Assembly: GCA_030704615.1 (NCBI GenBank)
Contig: CM060731.1
Location: 57,350,001 to 57,414,000 of the forward strand
Length of the DNA stretch: 64,000 nucleotides
Direction: 5' to 3'
From: Takakia lepidozioides
Taxonomy: Eukaryota; Plantae; Bryophyta
Under the pieces are notes generated by a model. That model was not told where the DNA came from and searched no databases. It saw only the letters and a program-made list of their open reading frames with translations. Positions 1 to 13,272 of this stretch are shown here, piece after piece. The first letter of the stretch is position 1. The number at the start of each line of letters is the position of its first letter. The position numbers and the translations under genes were made by a program.

Positions 1-880
1 TGTGACTACATCGCTCTCTGTACCATGACTCCAGGTGCCACGCACGCAGTCACAGCTATGACTTGCAAAACGCAGTCCTAAAGACTAGTCGCTATGACAG
101 GGCTTTTTTCACTGCAGAGTGATGTAGTCATGAACGCATATAGGACTGAAAAAATAGTCATATGTGCAGTCATAAAAATGCTCATCTGTTGTAGTGGCAG
201 CAAAAATGGCAGAAAGGCTAGCTCAGCAAGAATCCCCTGAATTGTCGAAGAGGCCAATGTGGCCAGGTGAGGCACGAGCGGTTAAAAGGTTTAGGAAGGT
301 TCAACATCTGGTAGAATATAGTGTTGTGCTAGGTAGTGAGAGCTCTGATCCATCGACAGAAAAAGAGGACGATGATGATGTCGATGAGATCATCGAGAAA
401 GTAGTGGACGATGTGGAGATGGAATATGGGGATGCTACCAGTGAGGACACTCCTTAACCTTGTTACCTTTAAACGTTTATGTAAATTCAAAAACTTGTTT
501 CGTGTTTATTTTTTGTGCAGCTCCATGCAATGGATGGAGCAAAAAAGTAGTATGACTGATTGTCTTGAAGCATGGAAAATGTTGGAGTACATTTGCATTC
601 TAAGCCATATTCACAATCCATGTTTTTTTCCGAATTAATGTCATTTCATTGTGGGCCAGAAGTCGGCACAGACTTCCCGGTCCCTACTTGTATTTTCCTA
701 TTTACTGAAGCACACGATCTGTTTTTGGGAGAAATCGGCACAGACTTCTGCCTGCCCTTTTTAAGTTACATTTCCCCTATCTTCTGTTCCAGAAGTCGGC
801 ACAGACTTTACTGATCACCAGGCACGAGAAGTCGCTGCCGACTTCTCGTTTTCCTCCGCCCTCGGTTAACTCTGGTAGTG
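1..880. mobile_element. Right end of a CACTA/EnSpm-type element (left end outside window)
   Basis: Ends in CTGGTAGTG (revcomp CACTACCAG) at 872-880; four subterminal AGAAGTCGGCACAGACTT-like repeats at ~659-845; further short repeats at 1-180. Confidence 0.6.
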
Positions 881-1090
881 TATGTGACGTGCGGAATTGG
901 GTGGTACACTTTCTAATACCGTGCATTTATACATCCTAGACATTAAGTATGTGGCCATATCAGCTTCGCACACATCCCGAACCGGATCCGAGCCTCCGAC
1001 GTCCCTTCGGATTTTGGTATGGAGGAGGTTCGGGAACTCTGCTCATGGCTCATGGCTCATCTGCTCATCGCTCATGTAAAAACAAACCCC

Positions 1091-1350
1091 CTGCCTTGGA
1101 GAGGGGCCCAGAAGAAGAGCCTTGCTTTTATTCAAACTATCATTAAGACTTGTTCCTCACCGGGGGCCCGCATCATAGATTTGACTCTGGGCACGGGTTT
1201 GGCTTCTTCCCCATTGTCATCATTTAATTTTATTTTCATCATTCCATTCGTTGCTCAACATTTTTTTTCTAACATTTTTCATTTCTCTCCTGCAGGCACT
1301 TCCTACCATGCTGGGGCAGACACTTATTTGGTATGGAAGGGGATGGACAT
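1091..1350 (+). pseudogene. Relic of a beta-class-like amino (N4-cytosine/N6-adenine) DNA methyltransferase, SAM-binding region
   Basis: PWRGAQKKSLAFIQTIIKTCSSPGARIIDLTLGT-G, GT-AG intron 1197-1295, TSYHA, then frameshifted GRHLFGMEGD; fits the K..L...LI...S..GD.VLD...G.GT...A....GR...G.E.D pattern. Confidence 0.6.
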
Positions 1351-2109
1351 TTTCAATAGCCGAGCCTCGCAGAGTTGCAAGGGGCAACGTCTGCTGCCAC
1401 AGTGCAGGAGTCTGCTGTGCTTGTTGATCTCAACGAGGACCTCGACAAAGATTTTTCATGTGAGTAAGTTCATTTTGTCTATGCTTGTTCGTGAATGTTT
1501 GCTCTCCCCTCCCGTTTTGTTCGCTGATTCTAATGCAAATCTTGCATTTTGTGTGACAGGATATTATCTGCTCTCCCATGGCACAAGGCTTCCCATTTTT
1601 CGGAGTGACTTCTAAGTTCTGCTGCAGCCCTCCTCGTACTTACGCCCTCCCCGACTACGCGGAGGCCATTGCCTGGGTGCAAGCTGCTATGTTGTCTCCC
1701 CCCATCTATGGGTGGACTTCCCACAACTCATTCAGGCACCTCGGGGCAAGGGTGTTCATAGATGATAGTGCCGCAGTTTCAGGGGATAGCTGTAGTTCTA
1801 CCAGTGCAGACAATAGCTCTGCATGTACTTGAAATGGAACATTCGTCGTTAATGAGGGGACACATTTCCTGTTTTTCATTTCTCCAGCTTTGTCCTACCT
1901 ACTTTCAAACTAATGTGTAATGACTGCATGGAACATCACATTTGGAAAAAGAAACAGTTTCTTCATTGTTAGTATCCTAACACCACCTTCATTCACCTAA
2001 CATATTTTCACCCAGATGTTCTTTGAGTTCTCCTTCGTAATTTGGACGTCATTCTGCTTTATAAAGGGAAGATCCAACTATGGTCTTCATTAGAAATTGC
2101 ACATTGTAA

Positions 2110-2340
2110 CTCACTTTTTTCACCTCTTCTTCAATATCAAAACCTCATTGACCTTCACGATGACCGTCCCACTTTTTTTTTTACCTCTTTTTCAAAAATA
2201 AAGTTTCATTGATTTTCACCCCTTCTTCAAATTTAAACCCTTCTTTGCCTTCACGCTCCAGTTTTTTTCCACCTCTTCTTCAAAATCAATCCCTTGTAGA
2301 GCTTCAAGATGTCACTCCATTTTTTTTTCAGCTCTTCTTC
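2110..2340. repeat. Degenerate ~60-bp tandem repeats
   Basis: About four to five TTTTTTTCACCTCTTCTTCAA-cored units. Confidence 0.7.
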
Positions 2341-2552
2341 GTTTAAAATTTGCAGTACTGCCTTATTTGTGCGAAATTAGGTGGTCGGCCACGGTAATAG
2401 GCCCTACATCTTCGACCACTTTCATGCCACGTGGACTGGGCTCACAGCCTCACGTGAGCCCGCCTAGGCTCATAGGCTCACGGGGTTGGGCTCACAATCT
2501 AGCATTCCCCGGTCAAGCAATATAAACATCAGCGTTCACAGGTCTGTAATAC

Positions 2553-2763
2553 ATGTCCCATCCTAAATATGTTTCTATCAGTTTACTTGTAGTTAATATC
2601 TGATTACCAGCTGAAAATGTAAATGGAACATCGTACCACCACGTTCTACAGCCAAAAACCCAGCAAGACAACTTTTTGTGGTAAATTTTTTTAACGACTC
2701 AAACAGGTGCACTTGGACATAGTATCCTCCTACGCCCGCCAACCGTAAATGACACCTCAAAAG
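2553..2763 (-). pseudogene. Replitron-type HUH endonuclease relic (N-terminal HUH part)
   Basis: FEVSFTVG / VGGYYV..LFESLKKF...CLAGFLAVERGGTMFHLHFQLVIR / KLIETYLGWD; ERG...HLHxQ HUH motif; frameshifted. Confidence 0.7.
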
Positions 2764-4315
2764 GCCCCTCCCTCTCTTCCCACACACTTCCCACACACTT
2801 CCTCTGCAACGCCGGTGCTTTTCATCGCCTCCATGCTGGTCCCTGCTCTTCGCCTCTGCAACCTCTGGGACTCTCCTCTTATGCTGGTACAGTTTTGGCG
2901 CGACTACCGAAACACTTTCCCGGCTCCCTCTAAGTACAACGTTCTCCCCCACATCCAAGAGCCATGTGGGGCCCATGTGGGGCCTTGCCACTTACCACCC
3001 GCTTCATAAGTTTGAGACAAACTCGCAGATGTCAACTTCCTCATACTTAGTCGATTCTATGGAGCTGGGATACATAGTATGCCCTTTTTTAATCTAATGG
3101 ATAGGGCCCACGCAAACTTGAGAGGCATTATTCCTATATGCTTACTTTATCTCAAGACTTGCATGCGAGGAAACGAGAATCCCAGCCCTTTGCGCAACAT
3201 CGCACCACGGCTAGCTACAAATCATTCTGATGATTGTGCCCTCACAGCCAAAGGAGGAGGAGCAGTAAGTATATCTTCCTCTCATTATTCACATAAATTA
3301 TCCCTTAGTTGGGTGTAATTTTATTGATATTAATTGAACCAACATGACCGACCAAAAGCTTCGTTTTTGGGATGTTGGACAGTTGCTGGAAGTAAGAGAA
3401 AAAGACCTCACTTTTCTTGAAGGGGATTTCAGGAGAGTTTTTTGGCTTGTTTGAGATTGGTTGCTCAAGTAGTTGCGCTTCCTTCGGGAGGCGTCAATAT
3501 TAGTATTATTATCCCCCTTTTTAATTCATGGACCATCCTCTAATGGATAGGACCCACGCAAACTTGAGAGGCATTTACTCCTATATGCTTACTTTATCCC
3601 AAAACTTGCATGCGAGAGAACGACAATCCCAACCCTTTGCGCAACAATTGAGCATCACACCAAGGCTCGCTACAAATCCTTCTGATGACTGCACTCACAG
3701 CCCAAGGAGGAGCAAAAAGTATGTATTCCTCTCATTATTCACATAAATTATTCCTTGGTTGGGTATAATTTCATTGATATTAATTGAACCAACATGATGG
3801 ACCAAAAGCTTCGTTTTTGGGATGAACTTTCAAGCAGCCACCATGGGATTGGATCTTGGTGGGTTAAGGCTAGCTTTTGACAATATTCATGCAAGATCAT
3901 CAAGGGCTCCATCCAAAGCCACACAACAAGAAACAAACAAACATGTGCAAATTTAAGATGCTGAACAAACTTGTAGGCTGCCCCTCTAATCAAGCTCATC
4001 AAAATTCGTATTCACTTCCATCTTCGAGCTTTGGAGAAGCTCCACCACCCAAACCTAGAATTAGGACAGCACTCTGATCTCCATCCACTGTCACCAAAGT
4101 CAGTCCAATATCACCCCTTCAGTCAAGTGCAATTATGGGCTGACTTCCCATCTATGCCGGGTAGACCCCACTATCATTTCCCCTGGATATGCCACAGGAA
4201 ATGCACTCAACAATACATCATGGTCAATACTCTCAGGAAATGGTGGATGATCTGAGTAGCTACACAGATCAATGAATGAAGCAAGACACTCGCATCTTTC
4301 CTAGAAAACATCCTT

Positions 4316-7300
4316 TCACCAGTAATCCCCACAAGAACAAATCCCATCTTCAAAGTGGTGAAAGCGGTTAGTGTCCCGTACAACAATTGCTCGGCCAACA
4401 ATCTTTGAGATGAATTTGGTGGAGGTGTGGCAGTCACCACACACTCGAAGATTCTTGATGAGACGGAGAGGCGTCCTAGGGCTCGTGCTGATCAGCCCAA
4501 AACCAATGGCCAGCTTCTCACTGTGGTGGCAAAGAGAAAATTCCTTTTCCTCCTCCCCCACATCGTGCAATACACAGCGCGTGTCAGGCACATACCCCGC
4601 CTCCTTCATCTGCCCAGACAATCTTCTCAGCTTAGCATGGATTTCCTTAATTCTGGGATGCAACTTGTCATCTACAACGAAGCTGTGCAACCTGTTGCCA
4701 ACCTCAATGCAGCAGCGACCTGGCTCCTTTCTAAACCCTCTGACCTTCATCATTCTTCTCACCTTTGCAGTATCATCCCAGCTGCCAGCTGCCGCATAGA
4801 TGTTTGAGAGCAACACATAAGTCGCGGCATCCTGTTCATCCCACTTTGAGGATAGATGTTGCCGCACGTTCAGCCATCTCCACATTGCCATGGATTCTGC
4901 AGGCACCAAGCAAGGCCTTCCAAACCACAGCATCTGGATTGATTGGCATTTTATTAATCAGGTCCACTGCCTCATCCAGTTGTCCCGCACGTCCAAGAAG
5001 GTCCACCATGCAGCCAAAGTGCTTTACTGTCGGAGTGACACCATGATCTTGAATCAGGGAATCAAAGTATCGTCTTCCTTCATTCAATAGGCCAGCGTGG
5101 CTGCATGCAGAGAGAACACATATATAGGTGATACTGTCCGGCTTCAAGCCGTTCTTTTGCATTCCTTCAAATAGTCGCACGACCTCCCTATGACAACCAT
5201 GCTGTGCGTATCCTGCGATCATCGCACTCCACGACACCACATCTCGTTCAGCCATACTGTCGAACACTCCCTTTGCATCCTCGATGCTCCCACATTTTGC
5301 ATACATGTCCACCAGGGTATTGTTCAGAATGACATTTGGTACAATTCCAGCTCTGACGATGTTGCCATGCACCTCTTTGCCCTTTTCCAGGGCTGCCAGG
5401 GTTGCACACGCACTGCAAACGCACACAAACGTGATGTGGTCGGGCTTAACCCCTTCCCCCATCATTTGCTCATAGTTCTCCAAAGCCTCCATCCCGCGCC
5501 CCTGCTTGTGCATACCCTGCGATCATCGTGTTCCACGACACCACATCGTTCAGCCATATTGTCAAACATTGCCTTTGCATCCTCGATGCCCCCACATTTG
5601 GCATACATGTCCATGAGAGTATTTTTCAGAGTCACATTTGGTACAATTCCAGCTCTGATGATGTCGCCATGCACTCTTTGCCCTTTTCCAGGGCTCCCAG
5701 GCTTGCACACGCCACTGCAAACGCACACAAACGTGAGTGTCGGGCTTCACCCATCCACCATCATTTGCTCTATGTCTCCAAGCCTCCATCCCCTCCCCTG
5801 CTGTGCATACCCTGCGATCATCGCGTTCCCCACGCACCACATTTCGTTCAGCCATATTGTCGAACACTCCCTTTGCATCCTCAATGCTCCCACATTTGCA
5901 TACATGTCCACGAGGGTATTGTTCAGGATCACATCTGGTACAATTCCAGCTCTGACAATGTCGCCATGCACCTCTTTGCCCTTTTCCAGGGCTGCCAGGC
6001 TTGCACACGCATGCAAACGCACACCAAACGTGATGCGGTGGGCTTCACCCGTCCGTACATCATTTGCTCATACGTCTCCAAAGCCTCATCCCGCACCCTG
6101 ACGTGCATACCCTGCAATCATCGTGTTCCACGACACCACATCTCGTTCAGCCATATTGTTGAACACTCCCATTGCATCTCGATGCTCCCACATTTGCATA
6201 CATGTCCACCAGGGCAGTGTTCAGGATCACATTTGGTACAATTCCAGCTCTGATGATGTCGCCATGCACCTCTTTGCCCTTTCCAGGGTTCCCAGGCTTG
6301 CACACGCACTGCAAACGCACACAAACGTGATGTGGTCGGGGGTTCACCCTTCCCCCATCATTTGCTCATAGGTCTCCACGGCATTCCTTACCCCACCCGT
6401 GCTTGGTAAATCCTGACAACATTATATTCCACGTGATCAAAGATCGTTGAGGCATTCTGTTTGAACACTTGGTGAGCATCCATGATGCTCCCGCACTTAA
6501 CATACATGTTGACAAGGGTGTGAGTAGAAAAACATTTGGCGTGAATCCACTTTGGGATAATGTGAGTGTGCACCTGCTTTCCAGCTTCCAGGCCTTTCAC
6601 CTTGATGCACTTATGCAAGAGACAGACATACGTTTCTGAATCTGCTGAAATGCCTCCTTGGTTTAAAGTCGTAGAGCCTCTTTCAGTTGCCTGCCTCACA
6701 AAGCATCTTCACATGCCCAGAAGGCCAGAAGACGCGCGGTGGAACTCCCTCTCTTGATCCTCTTCCAGAAGCTGTGGTCATGGTTAAGGTGCCTGATTAT
6801 AACTGTGCCGCTGCAGCTGCTGCCTTTAGTTGACCATCTACCCATGTAGGTTTCTTGAAGCTATTGAGCCACAGGGAATCATAGGTAATCTTGTGCTTGA
6901 AAATATGGGCCCTCTTGGATGAATCTGTTCCCACACTCTAACCCTGCTCCTTCAGCTATCCATGCCTGCTCCAATCATGCTATCCTTGACTTGATGCTAG
7001 CAGCTGGACAATGACAGCCTAGATTTTGTTCTAGGAAACACCCAACTCAGCTAATGCACTAGTTCCTATGCTGAATGCGTATGTACTCTCTGTAATGCTA
7101 ACAGGCATTCACCTTTTGGCCTCGGTTGTCCCACCATTGACTGGGGTCAGAAAAGTATTCCAGTCAACAGCTTCTCCTCATCTCTGTTACCTGTTTTTCG
7201 ATACTTTCCTGTGTCACATTGGCAGTATCATGTCAAATCACTCCAAACTAGATTCACTCAACCAGCTAACTTGCAAATTCAACATGGAAATTAGGGCCGG

Positions 7301-9003
7301 TTCTGAGAAGAGGGGGAAAAACAGGGGTGAAATGTGTGAAGAAGGTGCCTTCATTAGCAGTGGCCTGATTTTATCAACTGTGCGCCTGCTGCATGAGGCT
7401 TCCAGTTGACCATCTACCCATGCAGGTTTCTTGTAGCTATTGATCCACAGGGAATCATAGGTAATCTTGTGCTTGAAATCTGGCCCTCTTGGATGAATCT
7501 GGACCCACACTCCTCCCTGGTCCTTCAGCTATCCATGCCTCTGACCAAATCATGCATACATCCTTGCCTTGTGCTAGCAGCTGACAATGACAGCCTAGAT
7601 TTATTCTAGGAAACACCCAACTCAGCTTATCAAGCTAGTTCCTATGCTGAATTGCATCTGACGACTCTCTGTAACCTAAACAGGCAGTCACCTTTTCGGC
7701 CTCGGTTGTCCCACCATTGACTGGGGTCAGAAAAGTATCATCCACAGCTTCTCCTCATCTCTGTTACCGTTACTGGATTTACTTTCCAGTTGTCACATTG
7801 GCAGTATCATGTCAAAGTCACTCCAACTAGCTTCACTCAACCAGCTAACTTGCAGAAGTTCAAATTGGAAATTTAGGGCCGGTTCTGATAAGAGGGAAAA
7901 CAGGGTGAAATGTGTTGAAGAAGGTGCCTTCAACGCAGTGCCTGATTTTAGCAATTGTGGCGCTGCTGTTTGCGGCGGCTTCCAGTTGCCATCTACATGC
8001 AGGTTTCTTGTAGCTTATCCTTCCCAGTAATCATAGGTAATCTGGAGCTTGAAATCCGGCCCTCTTGGATTGAATCTGGACCACACCCCATCCTGCTCCT
8101 TCAGCTATCCATGCCTCTGCACAAATCATGCATACATCCTTGCTTGCCAAGACAGCTTAGAATTCTTCCAGCAAACACCCAACAATACTATCACACTAGT
8201 TCCTATGCTGACTTGCGTCTAATTTCCAACAGGCATTCACCTTTTCGTCTTCCAGTGTCCCACCATTGACTGGGGTCGCAAAAGGTTCATTCCAAAGCTT
8301 ATCCTCATCTCAGTTATCGTTTTTGGATACTTTCCTGCTGCCACCATCGGCAGTAACTTGTCAAGTCATTCCAAACCACCACGATCCACTGCAACACATG
8401 GCAAATGAAAGCTACAACTTGGATGCAGACAACAATTCACTATGCAAAATTCAGGGCCGAGTTGATGAGAGGGGCCAAACCAGGGCATGAAATAGGTCGA
8501 AGAAGAAGGTGCCCTCACACATTTCCTTGACTTGTGTCATGACCCATGGAGGATTTGACCGACCATCGAACCAAAAGGACCCCTTGTGTGTGCTGCTTGT
8601 GTCTGTAGTCAGGTAATGTCGGGTTGGTCTGTGAGAACCACCACGGTGCAGCTGAGCAGCCAGAGATGGACACACGGCCCGCTAAGACCAAACTGACTTT
8701 CCCAAGAACCTTGTAAACATCAGGAAGAATACTAAATCATGGTACTATCAGGAGCCAAGAGCCCACATTTGCAGGATGGACAAACTTCTTCACATCGTAG
8801 ACTAAGAAAAAGCCACACCTTGCGAGTGCGGTTGTCCCACCATCGTGAAGGATCTTTAAAAAACTCATGCCAGCTCTGTTCCGTGCTCCAAGGTAGAGGT
8901 TTGTGCTCGAAAATCCGACAGCATCAACATTTTGACAAGGTCCTTTACTGAGGGGTGCTAGTGAGCTTTCAACAACATTCATGCAATTTGTTTTGGGCTC
9001 CAT
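4316..9003 (-). pseudogene. PDF-PPR-E-DYW gene copy 1 (4 PDF units, ~4 PLS triplets), many frameshifts
   Basis: DYW ORF 4316-4933 (HSEKLA, CGDCH, DYW), PPR fragments 4836-6700, PDF exons 6790-8880, ATG at 9003; dense 1-bp indels that could partly be consensus errors. Confidence 0.85.
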
Positions 9004-9480
9004 AGGGCTCTACCCGATGAGGAACAAGGAAAATGTCCAGACTTACACAGATGCTAACCCAGCTTATGTAGTCTGGAGATTGTAGAGTGGTCTCTGAAAC
9101 GACCAGGGAGGAAGGCGCTGAGCAGCCAGAGTCGTTAACCCTGGGTCTTGGCATTTAAGTTTTTCTCACGTTCCAAAAAAGTACCCCAAGTCGTTCAAAA
9201 AATAAAATCAGCCAAAGCCGGTGTCCGAAAGGTGGCTATTGCATGCCTTGGGAAAGTGGCCATTGCATGTGGGGCCCATTTGGCGGCTGCATGCAAGCGC
9301 TAACCGCTAGGAGCCATCAGAACGGCACGACGAGGAACCGGTGGTCGATGTAGGGCCTCTGACCACTGCCCCCTGGAAGAGCACAGTAATATCCTTGCTG
9401 AAAGTTCGGTAAAAGCACACGTCTCTTAAGCACAGTTTGGAGTTCGCTGTTCCTCATCGTGTAGAGCCCAATGGAGCCCA

Positions 9481-12400
9481 ATGGAGCCCAACACAACTTG
9501 CATGAATGTTGTTGAAAGCTCACTAGCACCCCTCAGTAAAGGACCTTGCCAAAATGTTGATGCGGTCGGATTTTTGAGCACAAACCTCTACCTTGGAGCA
9601 CCGAGCAGAGCTGGCATGAGTTTTTTAAAGATCCTTCACGATGGTGGGACAACCGCAATCGCAAGGTGTGGCCTTTTCTCAATGTACGATGTGAAGAAGT
9701 TTGTCCATCCTGCAAATGTGGGCTCTTGGCTCCTGATAGTACCATGATTTAGTATTCTTCCTGATGTTTACAAGGTTCTTGGGAAAGTCAGTTTGGTCTT
9801 AGCGGGCCGTGTTTCAATCTCTGGCTGCTCAGCTGCACCGTGGTGGTTCTCACAGACCAACCCGACATTACCTGACTACAGACACAAGCAGCACACACAA
9901 GGGGTCCTTTTGGTTCGATGGTCGGTCAAATCCTCCATGGGTCATGATACAAGGTCAAGGACAATGTGGTGAGGGCACCTTCTTCTTCGACCCCTCTCAT
10001 CAGACTCGGCCCTGAATTTGCATATTGAATATGGTGTCTGCATCCAAGTTGTAGCCTTTCATTTGCCATGTGTTGCAGTGGATCTGTGGTGGTTTGGAAT
10101 GACTTTGACAAGTTACTGCCGATGTGGCAGCAGGAAAGTATCCAAAAACAGATAACGGAGATGAGGAGAAGCTTTGGAATGAACACTTTTGCGACCCCAG
10201 TCAATGGTGGGACAATGGAGACGAAGGTGAATGCCTGTTGGAATTAGACGCAAGTCAGCATAGGAACTAGTGTGATAAGTATGGTTGGGGTGTTTGCTGG
10301 AAGAATTCTAAGCTGTCATTGGCAAGGCAAGGATGTATGCATGATTTGTGCAGAGGCATGGATAGCTGAAGGAGCAGGGATGGAGTGTGGGTCCAGATTC
10401 ATCCAAGAGGGCCGGATTTCAAGCTCCAGATTACCTATGATTCCTGGTGGAAGGATAGCTACAAGAAACCTGCATGGGTAGATGGTCAACTGGAAGCCGC
10501 AGCAGCAGCGGCACAATTGATAAAATCAGGCACTGCTAATGAAGGCACCTTCTTCAACACTTTTCACCCTGTTTTTCCCTCTTATCAGAACCGGCCCTAA
10601 ATTTCCATGTTGAATTCTGCAAGTTAGCTGGTTGAGTGAATCTAGTTTGGAGTGACTTTGACATGATACTGCCAATGTGACAACAGGAAAGTATCGAAAA
10701 ACAGGTAACAGAGATGAGGAGAAGCTGTGGAATGAATACTTTTCTGACCCCAGTCAATGGTGGGACAACCGAGGCCAAAAGGTGAATGCCTGTTAGATTA
10801 CAGAGAGTAGCAGACGCAATTCAGCATAGGAACTAGTGCGATTAGCTGAGTTGGGTGTTTCCTAGAACAAATCTAGGCTGTCATTGTCAGCTGCTAGCAG
10901 CAAGTCAAGGATGAATGCATGATTTGTGCAGAGGCATGGATAGCTGAAGGAGCAGGGGTAGAGTGTGGGAACAGATTCATCCAAGAGGGCCAGATTTCAA
11001 GCACAAGATTACCTATGATTCCCTGTGGCTCAATAGCTTCAAGAAACCTACATGGGTAGATGGTCAACTAAAGGCAGCAGCTGCAGCGGCACAGTTGATA
11101 AAATCAGGCACCTTAACCATGACCACAGCTTCTGGAAGAGGATCAAGAGAGGGAGTCCACAGTGCGTCTTCTGGCACTTCTGGGCATGTGAAGATGCTTT
11201 GTGAGGCAGGCAGACTGAAAGAGGCTCTACAGACTTTAAACCAAGGAGGCATTTCAGCAGATTCAGAAACGTATGTCTGTCTCTTGCATAAGTGCATCAA
11301 GGTGAAAGGCCTGGAAGCTGGAAAGCAGGTGCACACTCACATTATCCAAAGTGGATTCACGCCAAATGTTTTTCTACTCAACACCCTTGTCAACATGTAT
11401 GTTAAGTGCGGGAGCATCATGGATGCTCACCAAGTGTTCAACAGAATGCCTCAACGATCTTTGATCACGTGGAATATAATGTTGGCAGGATTTACCAAGC
11501 ACGGGTGGGGTAGGAATGCCGTGGAGACCTATGAGCAAATGATGGGGGAAGGGGTGAACCCCGACCACATCACATTTGTGTGCGTTTGCAGTGCGTGTGC
11601 AAGCCTGGGAACCCTGGAAAAGGGCAAAGAGGTGCATGGTGACATCGTCAGAGCTGGAATTGTACCAAATGTGATCCTGAACACTGCCCTGGTGGACATG
11701 TATGCAAAATGTGGGAGCATCGAGGATGCAATGGGAGTGTTCAACAATATGGCTGAACGAGATGTGGTGTCGTGGAACGCGATGATTGCAGGGTATGCAC
11801 AGCAGGGGCGCGGGATGGAGGCTTTGGAGACGTATGAGCAAATGATGTACGGATGGGTGAAGCCCAACCGCATCACGTTTGTGTGCGTGTGCAAGCCTGG
11901 CAACCCTGGAAAAGGGCAAAGAGGTGCATGGCGACATTGTCAGAGCTGGAATTGTACCAGATGTGATCCTGAACACTGCCCTGGTGGACATGTATGCCAA
12001 ATGTGGGAGCATCGAGGATGCAAAGGGAGTGTTCGACAATATGGCTGAAGGAAATGTGGTGTCGTGGAGTGCGATGATTGCAGGGTATGCACAGCAGGGG
12101 CGGGGGATGGAGGCTTTGGAGACGTATGAGCAAATGATGGGGGAAGGGGTGAAGCCCGACCAAATCACATTTGTGTGCGTTTGCAGTGCGTGTGCAAGCC
12201 TGGCAGCCCTGGAAAAGGGCAAAGAGGTGCATGGCGACATCGTCAGAGCTGGAATTGTACCAGATGTGATCCTGAACACTGCCCTGGTGGACATGTATGC
12301 GAAATGTGGGAGCATCGAGGATGCAAAGGGAGTGTTTGACAATATGGCTGAACGTAATCTGGTGTCGTGGAGTGCGATGATTGCAGGATATGCACAGCAT

Positions 12401-13272
12401 GGTTGTCATAGGGAGGTCGTGCAACTATTTGAAGGAATGCAAAAGAACGGCTTGAAGCCGGACAGTATCATCTTTCTTTGTGTTCTGTCTGCATGCAGCC
12501 ACGTTGGCCTACTGAATGAAGGAAGACGCTACTTTGATTCCCTGAGTCAAGATCATGGTGTCACTCCGACAGTAAAGCACTTTGGCTGCATGGTGGACCT
12601 TCTTGGACGTGCGGGACAACTGGATGAGGCAGTGGACCTGATTAATAAAATGCCAATCAATCGAGATGTTGTGGTGTGGAAGGCCTTGCTTGGTGCCTGC
12701 AGAATCCATGGCAATGTGGAGATGGCTGAACGTGCAGCAAACGTCTATCCTCACGTGGGATGAACAGGATGCCGCGACTTATGTGTTGCTCTCAAACATC
12801 TATGCGGTAGCTGGCAGGTGGGATGATACTGCAAAGGTGAGAAGAATGATGAAGGTCAGAGGGGTTAGAAAGGAGCCAGGTCGCTGCTGCATTGAGGTTG
12901 GCAACAGGGTGCACACCTTCGTTGTAGATGACAAGTTGCATCCCAGAATTAAGGAAATCCATGCTGAGCTGAGAAGATTGTCTGGGCAGATGAAGGAGGC
13001 GGGGTATGTGCCTGACACGCGCTTTGTATTGCATGATGTGGGGGAGGAGAAGGAATTTTCTCTTTGCCACCACAGTGAGAAGCTGGCCATTGGTTTTGGG
13101 CTGATCAGCACAACCCCTAGGACGCCTCTCCGTCTCATCAAGAATCTTCGAGTGTGTGGTGACTGCCACACCTCCACCAAATTCATCTCAAAGATTGTTG
13201 ATTGTTGTACGGGACGCTAACCGCTTTCACCACTTTGAAGATGGGATTTGTTCTTGTGGGGATTACTGGTGA
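9481..13272 (+). pseudogene. PDF-PPR-E-DYW gene copy 2 (3 PDF units, 3 PLS triplets)
   Basis: ORFs 10963-12048, 11879-12763, 12666-13220; 11-bp deletion ~11888, +1 frameshift ~12740, 8-bp deletion ~13200 relative to copy 3. Confidence 0.9.

Larger units (their letters stand above)
881..2510. mobile_element. Terminal segment of a MULE-like DNA transposon (same family as 50.2-58.2 kb)
   Basis: Terminus TTCATGCCA..GGGCTCACA..CTAGCATTCCCC (2422-2510) matches 58103-58174; ~60-bp CACCTCTTCTTCAA repeats at 2110-2340 are the reverse complement of the 50.2-51.0 kb repeats. Confidence 0.55.
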
